Positions 10,279-19,252 of a DNA stretch of 64,000 nucleotides are shown piece after piece. Location: sequence record SRR2962707_1184; one strand, given 5' to 3'. The translations under genes were made by a program, and so were the position numbers. Positions within the stretch are counted from its first letter, which is position 1, and every line of letters begins with the position of its first letter. The notes under the pieces were generated by a model. That model saw only the letters and a list, made by a program, of their open reading frames with translations, had not been told where the DNA came from and searched no databases.

Positions 10279-11013
10279 ATGAGCAGACCACAACCAAGAG
10301 AGCTCGTTGTTATCAACACCACTCTAGTAACACCGCACATGTTAAGAGTTACCTTAGGTGGCGAAAACATGAACACCATGCCGGAAAATCAAGAAAGCGG
10401 ATACGTAAAACTTATTTTCCCTAGCGAAAGCGGCCGCCTAATGCGCACTTACACCATACGCAAACAACGCGCGGACGAGATCGACATCGACTTCATGCTT
10501 CATGACGATTCAGGTCCAGCGTCTTCATGGGCAAAAAACGCCAAAGCGGGTGACCGCATTCTTATTGGCGGACCTGGCCCTAAAAAAATGATCGAAGAAT
10601 CAGCCCAATGGCAGCTTTTGATCGGCGATATGACCGCCCTACCGGCCATCAGCGTCAATCTTGAAACGCTACCGGCCGACGCAAAAGGCTATGCGGTAAT
10701 CGAAGTGGTGTCTGAAGCCGACATTCAAACGCTTAAACACCCAGCAGGCATTGAGATTAAATGGGTTATCAATGCTCAGCCAGGCAGTAACGAACAAGCC
10801 TTGCTAGAAGAAGTGAAAGCATTGGAATGGCTATCCGACGACGTGTCCATATGGGCCGCGTGCGAATTTGGCAGCATTAAAGCACTGCGTCGCTTCTTTA
10901 AAGAAGAGAAAAAGGTCGAAAAGAGCAACCTTTATATCTCAAGCTACTGGAAACAAGGCAGCAACGAAGATCAGCACAAAGCCGTTAAACGCGCTGAGGC
11001 CGAAGTGGCATAA
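10279..11013 (+). CDS. Siderophore-interacting protein (ViuB/YqjH-type ferric reductase)
   Basis: TPHMLRVTLGG, RTYTIR, GPASSWA, GDMTALPAI, WAACE, SSYWK; start at ATG 10279 after CAGGAG. Confidence 0.92.
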   Translation: MSRPQPRELVVINTTLVTPHMLRVTLGGENMNTMPENQESGYVKLIFPSESGRLMRTYTIRKQRADEIDIDFMLHDDSGPASSWAKNAKAGDRILIGGPGPKKMIEESAQWQLLIGDMTALPAISVNLETLPADAKGYAVIEVVSEADIQTLKHPAGIEIKWVINAQPGSNEQALLEEVKALEWLSDDVSIWAACEFGSIKALRRFFKEEKKVEKSNLYISSYWKQGSNEDQHKAVKRAEAEVA

Positions 11014-11032
11014 GCTCTAAAAAAAGCAAAAT

Positions 11033-11063
11033 AAAAAGCCAGCGATGAAGCTGGCTTTTTTTT
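11033..11063. terminator. Bidirectional terminator
   Basis: AAAAAGCCAGC-gatgaa-GCTGGCTTTTTTTT between convergent genes. Confidence 0.88.
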
Positions 11064-11085
11064 AACTCTGCAACAATGATAAAAA

Positions 11086-12699
11086 TTACAAGCGCACTTG
11101 CTCAATAATCAAATCAATTACATTGTCTACTTTTGTTTCAACGATTTCTGTATCGGCAATGCTGGTATCAGCAACCAATAAAGTCACACCCGTTTCGCGA
11201 ATCAAGGCCGCTTCAGCAGCCGTGGCATTGGCTTTTGCTAATGCAACAACACCTTGACGCAACAACAATCGCTCTACGGATTCAGCTTGCGCCAATACTT
11301 CAGCAGACAAGGCGATAACCGCAGGCTTTTGACCAAGACGAGCGGCGCGGTCTTCTGCACTAACAATCGTGTCTTCATCTAAATCGGCAACCGCTTGCTC
11401 AACCATACCAGCACCAACGGTCACGTTGGTTAGACGGTCAATCACAATAAGAGCACCAGTAAAACGGCTGTTTGTGTATTCATCAAACGCGACTGGCGCA
11501 TCAAATTGAATCACACAATCACCAATGCCATTTAGCTCAAGCGCTGAAATCTCACTGGTTTCCAAAGTATTCACATCAACGCGGTGATTAAAGTGATGCA
11601 CTTTACCCGGTACTGTTTGCGTACCCAGTTTAAAGTCATACAACTTACCAGGCACCAATGGCTGATCGGCCATCCACACAACAGATGCGCGTAGCGCCGA
11701 AGCGATTAACGGCTCTTGGTCTAGGTGAGACAGCATGTCGCCACGACTGATATCAATTTCGTCTTCTAGGGTAATGGTCACCGCCTGCCCGGCTTTCGCA
11801 GACTCAAGGTTGCCATCGTAAGTCACAATCTCGGCGACTTTCGATTTTTTACCAGAAGGCAAAGCAACGACTTCATCACCTGGCTTAACCACACCAGCTG
11901 CTATGGTGCCAGAGAAACCACGGAAATCTAGGTTTGGACGGTTCACATACTGCACTGGAAAACGGAAAGAATCACGCTTCACGTCACGGTTAATTTGCAC
12001 GGTTTCCAAAATCGCCATCAATGGCTTACCTTGGTACCAAGGCGTGCTTTCAGAGGCGTTAACCACGTTATCGCCTTGCAATGCAGACATTGGGACGAAA
12101 TGAATGTCCCCAGGCTTACGATCGCCTAGTTGCTCAACAAACGCTAAGTAGTCAGCTTGGATTTCTTTGTATTTCTCTTCCGAGAAATCCACCAAATCCA
12201 TTTTGTTTATTGCCACAACAACGTGCTTAATGCCCAATAACGCAGCAATATAAGAATGACGGCGAGTTTGTGTTTGCACACCGTAACGGGCATCGATCAA
12301 AATAATGGCTAAGTCACAAGTGGACGCGCCGGTTGCCATATTACGTGTGTATTGCTCGTGTCCTGGTGTGTCCGCAATGATGAACTTACGTTTTTCAGTA
12401 GAGAAATAACGGTACGCCACATCAATGGTAATACCCTGCTCGCGCTCCGCTTGCAGGCCATCCACCAAAAGCGCCAAATCTACGCCTTCGCCTTGGGTAC
12501 CCGATTTTTTACTGTCACGTTTTACCGCCTCTAAATGATCTTCATAAATCAATTTAGAATCATGCAGCAAACGGCCGATAAGTGTACTTTTACCATCGTC
12601 TACGTTGCCACAAGTAAGCAAACGCAGTAGGTCTTTTTCTTCATGTTGTTTCAAATAGCCAAGTATGTCTTGGCTGATCAATTCTGACTGGTGAGACAT
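11086..12699 (-). CDS. cysN: Sulfate adenylyltransferase GTPase subunit CysN with vestigial CysC-like tail
   Basis: [53 protein letters not shown]. Confidence 0.96.
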   Translation of the reverse strand: MSHQSELISQDILGYLKQHEEKDLLRLLTCGNVDDGKSTLIGRLLHDSKLIYEDHLEAVKRDSKKSGTQGEGVDLALLVDGLQAEREQGITIDVAYRYFSTEKRKFIIADTPGHEQYTRNMATGASTCDLAIILIDARYGVQTQTRRHSYIAALLGIKHVVVAINKMDLVDFSEEKYKEIQADYLAFVEQLGDRKPGDIHFVPMSALQGDNVVNASESTPWYQGKPLMAILETVQINRDVKRDSFRFPVQYVNRPNLDFRGFSGTIAAGVVKPGDEVVALPSGKKSKVAEIVTYDGNLESAKAGQAVTITLEDEIDISRGDMLSHLDQEPLIASALRASVVWMADQPLVPGKLYDFKLGTQTVPGKVHHFNHRVDVNTLETSEISALELNGIGDCVIQFDAPVAFDEYTNSRFTGALIVIDRLTNVTVGAGMVEQAVADLDEDTIVSAEDRAARLGQKPAVIALSAEVLAQAESVERLLLRQGVVALAKANATAAEAALIRETGVTLLVADTSIADTEIVETKVDNVIDLIIEQVRL

Positions 12700-12729
12700 T
12701 CGTTACTCCAAACTTTCTTTACTTCAAAC

Positions 12730-13635
12730 TTAGAAGTAGCCCTGTTTCTTTTTCTCTTCCATAGACCCAGCGGAGTCATGGTCGATCATTCTGCCTTGGC
12801 GCTCTGAACTCGTGGTGAGCAACATTTCCTGGATGATTTCAGGCAATGTGTCGGCTTCAGACTCCACCGCACCGGTAAGCGGGTAACAGCCAAGCGTACG
12901 GAAACGAACAGACTTCATTTCAGGCGTTTCGCCATTTAACGGCATACGATCATCATCAACCATGATCAAGGTGCCATCACGCTCAACAACAGGACGTTTA
13001 GCAGAGAAGTAAAGAGGAACAATAGGAATACTTTCTAAATAGATGTATTGCCAGATGTCCAGTTCCGTCCAGTTAGACAATGGGAAAACACGGATGCTTT
13101 CGCCTTTATTGACTTTGCCGTTATAGATATTCCATAACTCTGGACGTTGGTTTTTAGGGTCCCAACGGTGTTGCTTGTCACGGAAAGAGTACACGCGCTC
13201 TTTGGCACGAGACTTCTCTTCGTCACGACGTGCACCACCGAAGGCCGCATCGAAACCGTATTTGTCTAACGCTTGTTTTAGACCTTGGGTTTTCATCACA
13301 TCGGTGTGCGTCGCACTACCATGGGTGAATGGCCCAATGCCTTGATCAATCCCTTCTTGATTTTGATGAACAATCAGTTCCAAACCTAGCTTGGCAACCA
13401 ATTCATCACGGAAGGTGATCATTTCTTTGAATTTCCAACCTGTGTCCACATGCATCAGTGGAAACGGTGGTTTACCAGGATAGAATGCTTTCATGGCAAG
13501 GTGCAGCATCACGGCTGAGTCTTTACCAATGGAATAAAGCATTACTGGATTGTCAAATTCAGCAGCGACTTCACGAATAATGTGAATGCTTTCAGCTTCT
13601 AGCTGTTTTAGGTGAGTCAGTCTTGCCTCTGTCAT
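12730..13635 (-). CDS. cysD: Sulfate adenylyltransferase subunit 2
   Basis: [47 protein letters not shown]. Confidence 0.98.
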   Translation of the reverse strand: MTEARLTHLKQLEAESIHIIREVAAEFDNPVMLYSIGKDSAVMLHLAMKAFYPGKPPFPLMHVDTGWKFKEMITFRDELVAKLGLELIVHQNQEGIDQGIGPFTHGSATHTDVMKTQGLKQALDKYGFDAAFGGARRDEEKSRAKERVYSFRDKQHRWDPKNQRPELWNIYNGKVNKGESIRVFPLSNWTELDIWQYIYLESIPIVPLYFSAKRPVVERDGTLIMVDDDRMPLNGETPEMKSVRFRTLGCYPLTGAVESEADTLPEIIQEMLLTTSSERQGRMIDHDSAGSMEEKKKQGYF

Positions 13636-13737
13636 AATTTCCCATCTCTGTTATAAGGCTTGAGCATTTTTTTCACTATAACATGCCTTTCTGTTATAAA
13701 AACCCTCATAACTAGACCATGTTGATATATAGATATT

Positions 13738-13763
13738 AAAAAAGGCTCATAAGCTGAGCCTTT
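13738..13763 (-). terminator. Terminator after the U32 gene
   Basis: AAAAAAGGCTCA-taagc-TGAGCCTTT. Confidence 0.75.
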
Positions 13764-13804
13764 ATAGAAATCCAACACGACCTCTTTAATAACAGAGCTT
13801 GAGG

Positions 13805-15151
13805 CTATGCGTTTGGTAGGTTTCTCATTATCAAACCATATTCAAGACCTTCAGGTCTGACAGAGAGCGGGATACGGACCACATGCCCCGAACCTGGCGC
13901 CACTTCTGTCCGCTCCCCTTGCTTATTTTCCATTGCTTGAAGCACGATCAGCTGACTGCCCGACGGCGTCATCAACTCTAAGGTGTCACCACTTTTAAAA
14001 CGATTTTTTACATCGACTGTTAACCAGCCGTCATGCCAATCCAGCATTTCTCCAACAAACTGCTGCTGCGTTGAGATCGATTTTCCATGCTGATAATTCT
14101 GATATTGGTCGTGCACATGACGACGGTAAAACCCTTCCGTATAACCTCGATGCGCCAGACCTTCCAGCTTGTCCATTAAGCCCATGTCGAAGGCTTTGCC
14201 GTAGTGTGCATCGTCAATTGCTTGGCGATATAGCTGAGCCGTACGAGCGGCGTAGAAATGCGATTTAGTCCGACCTTCAATCTTTAGGGAATGCACCCCC
14301 ATTTCGATCAATTTCTCAACGTGCTGGATCGCCCGCAGATCTCGACTGTTCATAATGTAAGTGCCATGCTCGTCTTCAAAGGCTGGCATAAACTCCCCTT
14401 CTCGACCTTGTTCGCGCAATAACACCACGTCATCAAACGGCTTACCAACCCCCAATGTGGTTTGCTCTTTAGGGTCAAAAACGTGCGCCCCTAAATGACT
14501 GCCATCGGCCGGTACTATGTCGCCGCTTACGTCTTCTTTGGCGGCTTTAACATCGTACTGCCAGCGACAAGAGTTGGTGCAGGAGCCTTGGTTCGGGTCC
14601 CGTCGATTAAAATACCCTGACAACAAACAACGCCCAGAATAAGCAATGCATAAGGAGCCATGCACAAAGGTTTCTATCTCCATGTCTGGCACCATGGTGC
14701 GGATGTCGCCGATTTCCTCTAGTGACAATTCTCGAGAAAGAATCACGCGACTCAAGCCATAGTTGTGCCAGAATTTGACCGTCGCCCAATTCACTGCGTT
14801 AGCTTGCACCGACAAATGTATCGGCATGTCAGGAAACTTTTCTTTAACCAGCATCATCATGCCAGGATCCGACATGATCAGCGCATCTGGCCCCATCTCA
14901 ATCACGGGCTCAATGTCTTTAAGGTAGGTTTTTATTTTGGCGTTATGCGGCGCGATATTACTCGCCACATAGAGTTTTTTGCCCTGCTGATGCGCTTCTT
15001 CAATACCGATGGCCAAGTTCGCCATATCAAAATCGTTATTGCGCACACGCAAGCTATAGCGTGGCTGGCCGGCGTAAACCGCATCGGAACCATAGGCAAA
15101 GGCGTAGCGCATATTTTTAAGCGTGCCCGCAGGGGAAAGTAATTCGGTCAT
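13805..15151 (-). CDS. trhP: U32-family protein, tRNA hydroxylation TrhP/YegQ type
   Basis: ELLSPAG, YAGQPRYSLRVRNN, HGSLCIAYSGRCLLSGY...CTNSCR (Fe-S Cys), LKIEGRTKS. Start is uncertain (ORF open to 15196). Confidence 0.85.
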   Translation of the reverse strand: MTELLSPAGTLKNMRYAFAYGSDAVYAGQPRYSLRVRNNDFDMANLAIGIEEAHQQGKKLYVASNIAPHNAKIKTYLKDIEPVIEMGPDALIMSDPGMMMLVKEKFPDMPIHLSVQANAVNWATVKFWHNYGLSRVILSRELSLEEIGDIRTMVPDMEIETFVHGSLCIAYSGRCLLSGYFNRRDPNQGSCTNSCRWQYDVKAAKEDVSGDIVPADGSHLGAHVFDPKEQTTLGVGKPFDDVVLLREQGREGEFMPAFEDEHGTYIMNSRDLRAIQHVEKLIEMGVHSLKIEGRTKSHFYAARTAQLYRQAIDDAHYGKAFDMGLMDKLEGLAHRGYTEGFYRRHVHDQYQNYQHGKSISTQQQFVGEMLDWHDGWLTVDVKNRFKSGDTLELMTPSGSQLIVLQAMENKQGERTEVAPGSGHVVRIPLSVRPEGLEYGLIMRNLPNA

Positions 15152-15224
15152 AAGGTCATTAGTCTTGATTGGAATGAATGCGCGCATTCTACCCAAACTC
15201 TTCTATGACGCTATTTGGAGACAC

Positions 15225-15250
15225 AAAAAAGGCCGAACGAGTCGGCCTTT
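15225..15250 (-). terminator. Terminator after the coiled-coil membrane protein gene
   Basis: AAAAAAGGCCGA-acgag-TCGGCCTTT. Confidence 0.8.
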
Positions 15251-15267
15251 CCATGATTTACATCAAA

Positions 15268-16200
15268 TTAATTCGCTTCTGAACTCAACTGCTGCTGCAG
15301 TAAAAGCTGATTGATTTGTTTATTCAAGCGCAACACCTGAGTGTTCATCTGAGAGCGGAAAGCATCAATGGCGTTAATCGCATCTTGCTGATTGCTTAAC
15401 GTGCGTTTCATGTCAGCCAGCTCTTCATTGCTCGCGCCATTAGGCTTGTTGGCCAATGCCGTCAGTTTCTTCTCTAGGGAATCTATGTCTTGTGACGCTT
15501 GATCAAGGCTCAACGCTTGCGCCTCATCCTTGCCTTTTTGCGACGCCACTTCTTTCTCTAAGCCAGTCAACTTAGTCGATACAGACGGCCAGTCTTTGGT
15601 GATCGGTTTTACGGCCTTATCAAGGTCTGCAACCGAGCGAATGAGCTTATTGTAATTTGCTTCTAGTTCATTAAACGCATCGCTTTGGATTGCCACTCTT
15701 TGGGTTTGAGTCGACACCGCGTCATTCATGATAGACAGCTTTTTCTGCATGGCTTCAATGGCATCCGTATGAGCAGATAAGGTTTTACGATTGGTATCGT
15801 AAGCCACTGCCCACAACTTGCGGATCTCACTGTCATGATTTTTTAAGGTTTGCTCAACCGTCTCACCTTGCTTATTCGCAGACACATCGGCCGCTAAAAA
15901 CTGATGATCCAGGTTTTCAATTTGACCTTTCGCATTCGACAGTTCATTGCGCAGCTGCATGTTTTGCTGCCACAACCAATAACCGGCACCCGCCGCAGCG
16001 GCGAGGATCAAAATAAGCAGAATATACACACCCGCTAAACTCGGTTTTTTATAGCTCGTTGCCCCAGCCGATGCGCTAACGGCTCTGGCTGGCGGTGGGT
16101 TCAAGCGACGCTTAGGTGTGCTGGATGTTGCCCTTCTATCGCTGACCTCATCTTGGTCTAGCTTCAGGCTTGGGATGTCAACGTTCTCGTCTCTAGGCAT
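15268..16200 (-). CDS. Hypothetical single-pass membrane protein with long coiled coil
   Basis: Disordered N-terminus, TM (VYILLILILAAAAGAGYWLW), about 230 aa of heptad-rich sequence. Confidence 0.8.
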   Translation of the reverse strand: MPRDENVDIPSLKLDQDEVSDRRATSSTPKRRLNPPPARAVSASAGATSYKKPSLAGVYILLILILAAAAGAGYWLWQQNMQLRNELSNAKGQIENLDHQFLAADVSANKQGETVEQTLKNHDSEIRKLWAVAYDTNRKTLSAHTDAIEAMQKKLSIMNDAVSTQTQRVAIQSDAFNELEANYNKLIRSVADLDKAVKPITKDWPSVSTKLTGLEKEVASQKGKDEAQALSLDQASQDIDSLEKKLTALANKPNGASNEELADMKRTLSNQQDAINAIDAFRSQMNTQVLRLNKQINQLLLQQQLSSEAN

Positions 16201-16356
16201 GGAAATCTTATTTCTTCGCTATCAATAAAAATTATGGAATTAATAACCATACAAACTTAATGAATATTATATTCGAAAGTTCAATGATACTATATAAGCA
16301 CCATTAACTGCTTGATAACAAGCATTTTTCGTTAATATAAAGCAAGGAGAATTGAA

Positions 16357-16941
16357 ATGGCTTTTGAATTACCCGCTCTTCCTTATGCTAAAGATGCACT
16401 AGAGCCGCACATGTCTGTAGAGACACTTGAGTATCACTACGGAAAGCACCACAACACGTACGTAGTTAAGCTTAATGGCTTGGTTCCTGGTACTGAATAC
16501 GAAAACAAATCTCTAGAAGAGATCATCACTTCCGCGCCAGCGGGCGGTGTTTTCAATAACGCAGCGCAAATCTGGAACCACACTTTCTTCTGGAACAGCC
16601 TTAGCCCAAATGGTGGCGGTGAGCCAACTGGCGCACTTGCTGATGCCATCAACGCAAAATGGGGCTCTTTCGCTCAGTTCCAAGAAGCGTTCAATGACAA
16701 AGCAGTCAACAACTTCGGCTCTAGCTGGACTTGGTTAGTAAAAACAGCTGACGGTTCTCTAGACATAGTTAACACTAGCAACGCAGGCACTCCAATGACT
16801 GACGGCCTAACCGCTATCATCACTGTAGACTTGTGGGAACACGCTTACTACATCGACTACCGCAACGTTCGTCCTGATTACCTTAAAGGATTCTGGGCAT
16901 TGGCTAACTGGGAATTTGCAGCAGCAAACTTCGCAGCCTAA
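16357..16941 (+). CDS. sodB: Fe superoxide dismutase
   Basis: [20 protein letters not shown] (Fe-type AAQ), [13 protein letters not shown]. Confidence 0.95.
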   Translation: MAFELPALPYAKDALEPHMSVETLEYHYGKHHNTYVVKLNGLVPGTEYENKSLEEIITSAPAGGVFNNAAQIWNHTFFWNSLSPNGGGEPTGALADAINAKWGSFAQFQEAFNDKAVNNFGSSWTWLVKTADGSLDIVNTSNAGTPMTDGLTAIITVDLWEHAYYIDYRNVRPDYLKGFWALANWEFAAANFAA

Positions 16942-16962
16942 GCCACACTAAGCAATGCAGTC

Positions 16963-16989
16963 AAAAAACGCGGCCTTGGCCGCGTTTTT
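16963..16989. terminator. Bidirectional terminator
   Basis: AAAAAACGCGGC-cttg-GCCGCGTTTTT. Confidence 0.88.
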
Positions 16990-17019
16990 ATTGTCTACAG
17001 GAAATCGATTCGCAGCCTC

Positions 17020-17460
17020 TTAAGAGCCGAGCTCGGCTTTTACCGCCAATTTGGCCTGAATAAACTCGGAATGTGGCATAAAAAGCAGCTCACTGATTCG
17101 ACGGATACGATGATCTTCATAGGCATCCACAACACCATCGGCAAACGCCACTCGCCATAAACCTTTTACCAGTTCGATTTTCTGCTCAACGCTCGCCGTC
17201 TCATTAATGACCTTAGTGAATTGGTAAAAATCATTCGCCTCGGCAATGCCCGCTTTCGCCTCTTCATAGACCTCTTCAACGCTGTCGCCGAGATCGGTCG
17301 CCTCACGTAAAAATCGCTTTACCTGCTGCACTTCATTTTCATCAATCGTGTCATCTGCCATCACAACTTCCATCATCAAAGCCGCTACGGCTCTTTGATA
17401 ACTGATTTGCTCTTCAGGCTCTGCCGATACTTGAAAAAGACTTTTTAACACGTGAAACAT
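17020..17460 (-). CDS. TerB-family protein
   Basis: ALMMEVVMAD...E and LWRVAFADG..D.YE...IRRISELL motifs. Confidence 0.85.
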   Translation of the reverse strand: MFHVLKSLFQVSAEPEEQISYQRAVAALMMEVVMADDTIDENEVQQVKRFLREATDLGDSVEEVYEEAKAGIAEANDFYQFTKVINETASVEQKIELVKGLWRVAFADGVVDAYEDHRIRRISELLFMPHSEFIQAKLAVKAELGS

Positions 17461-17957
17461 GCACTCTCCAAACGATGGTTTTGTATAGACTGACGGAGCT
17501 CATCGACTAATACATTGGGAAATTGACGGTAATCCAAATAGGGACACCAAATACGATTATTGGTTACAAAGGCAATATGACGTTCTCCACAAACGAGCGC
17601 CTCATCAGGCACAGGCACTTGCCCACGAACCTCATTACCGACAAAAAACACCTTGCCGGTTAGCTTATCGGTATGCCCTGTCGAAAACACGATGGCGACA
17701 TTGTTCGTCAGCATCTCGTCTCGCCATTGGCGCCACAGATCAAGCTCAGGGGCGGTCAGTTTGGCGATAATAGTAACAATTTTTCGCCAGTGATTGCCAT
17801 TTAGCGCAATCAGTGCAGGCACACAGCCAAGCTGTTGCTCATCCTTTGATGCCGGCATGATAGGCGGATTTGGCAAAACAAAGACGTACTCTGCTTGCCG
17901 AGGGCATACCCCCATCATCGGCTGTGACGACACATTTTTTTCCATTAAGGTAGACAC
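17445..17957 (-). CDS. Conserved hypothetical protein (DUF6942-like, from memory)
   Basis: GNHWRKI and CPYLDYRQF motifs; overlaps the TerB gene start. Confidence 0.65.
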   Translation of the reverse strand: MSTLMEKNVSSQPMMGVCPRQAEYVFVLPNPPIMPASKDEQQLGCVPALIALNGNHWRKIVTIIAKLTAPELDLWRQWRDEMLTNNVAIVFSTGHTDKLTGKVFFVGNEVRGQVPVPDEALVCGERHIAFVTNNRIWCPYLDYRQFPNVLVDELRQSIQNHRLESACFTC

Positions 17958-18097
17958 TCTCTCAAACCTTTTGTGCTTATTAGTGTATATAGATGCATTC
18001 TAGCAGACTTAGGATATCCAAGTAATTTTGGTCAAGAGTGTGCAGCAACAAGGCATTCTCATGCCCACGAACCATTGATTAACGCCAAATAAAACAT

Positions 18098-18153
18098 AAA
18101 CATTAGAAAATGCTAATGTTTGTGTTACTCTATATTAGACAATACTGATGTTA
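18098..18153. promoter_or_regulatory. Paired palindromic operator candidates
   Basis: AAACATTAG-N6-CTAATGTTT (18098-18121) and degenerate TATATTAG-N6-CTGATGTTA (18131-18153). Confidence 0.6.
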
Positions 18154-18165
18154 CTGGAGCCAGTT

Positions 18166-18564
18166 ATGACCTCTTTCTATAATCCCTTATTCGGCGGCCT
18201 TCTCATCGGCCTCGCTGCGGCGATTTACCTAATCACAACGGGTAAGGTGCTGGGCATTAGCGGCATGCTTGCGCAATCCTTATTTAAGGCCAACAAAACG
18301 CTGCCTTTGATTTTTTTGCTGGGTTTAATCATTGGCGGCAGCGCTTATGGTGTACTCACCCAGCAAACCGTCCCATTCCCAGACATACGAAGCCCATGGC
18401 TGATGATTGTTTCTGGATTGCTTGTGGGTTATGGCACCCGCCTAGGAAATGGTTGCACCAGCGGTCATGGTGTATGTGGCCTCGCCAGACTCTCGCCGCG
18501 CTCTATGGTGGCGACCGCCATTTTCATTTCCACTGCCATCATAACCGTGGCGCTTACTCACTAA
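18166..18564 (+). CDS. YeeE/YedE-family sulfur transport protein (half-size, PmpA-like)
   Basis: GGLLIGL, G.SG, GYGTRLGNGCTSGHGVCGLARLSPRS; start at ATG 18166 after GGAG. Confidence 0.9.
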   Translation: MTSFYNPLFGGLLIGLAAAIYLITTGKVLGISGMLAQSLFKANKTLPLIFLLGLIIGGSAYGVLTQQTVPFPDIRSPWLMIVSGLLVGYGTRLGNGCTSGHGVCGLARLSPRSMVATAIFISTAIITVALTH

Positions 18565-18574
18565 GGAGATCATC

Positions 18575-18985
18575 ATGATATTTTTCATCACACTGCTTTG
18601 CGGTTTACTTTTTGGTTTTGGCCTCGCACTGTCGGAAATGACCAACCCTGCCGTGGTGATTGGCTTCTTGGATATTTTTGGCAACTGGAACCCTTCTTTG
18701 ATCATTGTAATGGCCGCTGCGGTCGCCGTGAGCATGATTGGCTATCTGATCAGCAAAAAACAAATCAAACCCCTGCTCACCGATCTCTGGTCGCTTCCCA
18801 CAGCCAAAATAATTGACAGCAAATTGATCCTCGGTAGCGCCCTTTTTGGTATCGGTTGGGGACTCAGCGGCTATTGCCCAGGGCCTGGCTTAACCGCACT
18901 CATCAACAACCCAGCAGAAGGTCTGTATTTTGTTATCGCATTGATTGCAGGCAGCGCCTTGTATCAATTTCAACCAACCAAATAA
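18575..18985 (+). CDS. YeeE/YedE-family partner (PmpB-like)
   Basis: GLLFGFGL, M.NP..V.GFLD..G.W.PSL, FGIGWGLSGYCPGP. Confidence 0.9.
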   Translation: MIFFITLLCGLLFGFGLALSEMTNPAVVIGFLDIFGNWNPSLIIVMAAAVAVSMIGYLISKKQIKPLLTDLWSLPTAKIIDSKLILGSALFGIGWGLSGYCPGPGLTALINNPAEGLYFVIALIAGSALYQFQPTK

Positions 18986-19057
18986 AGCCCTATCAGGACA
19001 AGACGATTCGCTTCTTTTTAAAAGGGAATTTTTCATTGTAAAAAACATAAAAAATAC

Positions 19058-19094
19058 TTGACGCTAACCCTTTAGGGTTTTAAATTGCGCCCGC
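19058..19094 (+). promoter_or_regulatory. sigma-70 promoter of the decarboxylase gene
   Basis: TTGACG-17 nt-TAAATT followed by a GC-rich discriminator GCGCCCGC. Confidence 0.75.
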
Positions 19095-19252
19095 GTCATT
19101 TGCTGAACATAATCCGCACCGCTTCAACTGCTGCGCTAGTCGCTTAAGGCCCTCGAGCCGGATAAGTAACAGCCATAAGTAGGATGGGGGGAGGTAAAGA
19201 CGTTTCATCACTTTAATCCGGTTTATGTTTAGCCAAAAAGGAACCTAATTCC

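Noticed and set aside
19184..19216. Upstream ORF MGGGKDVSSL as a leader peptide
   Set aside because: No properly spaced RBS and no resemblance to SpeFL; cannot be fully excluded without Ribo-seq.
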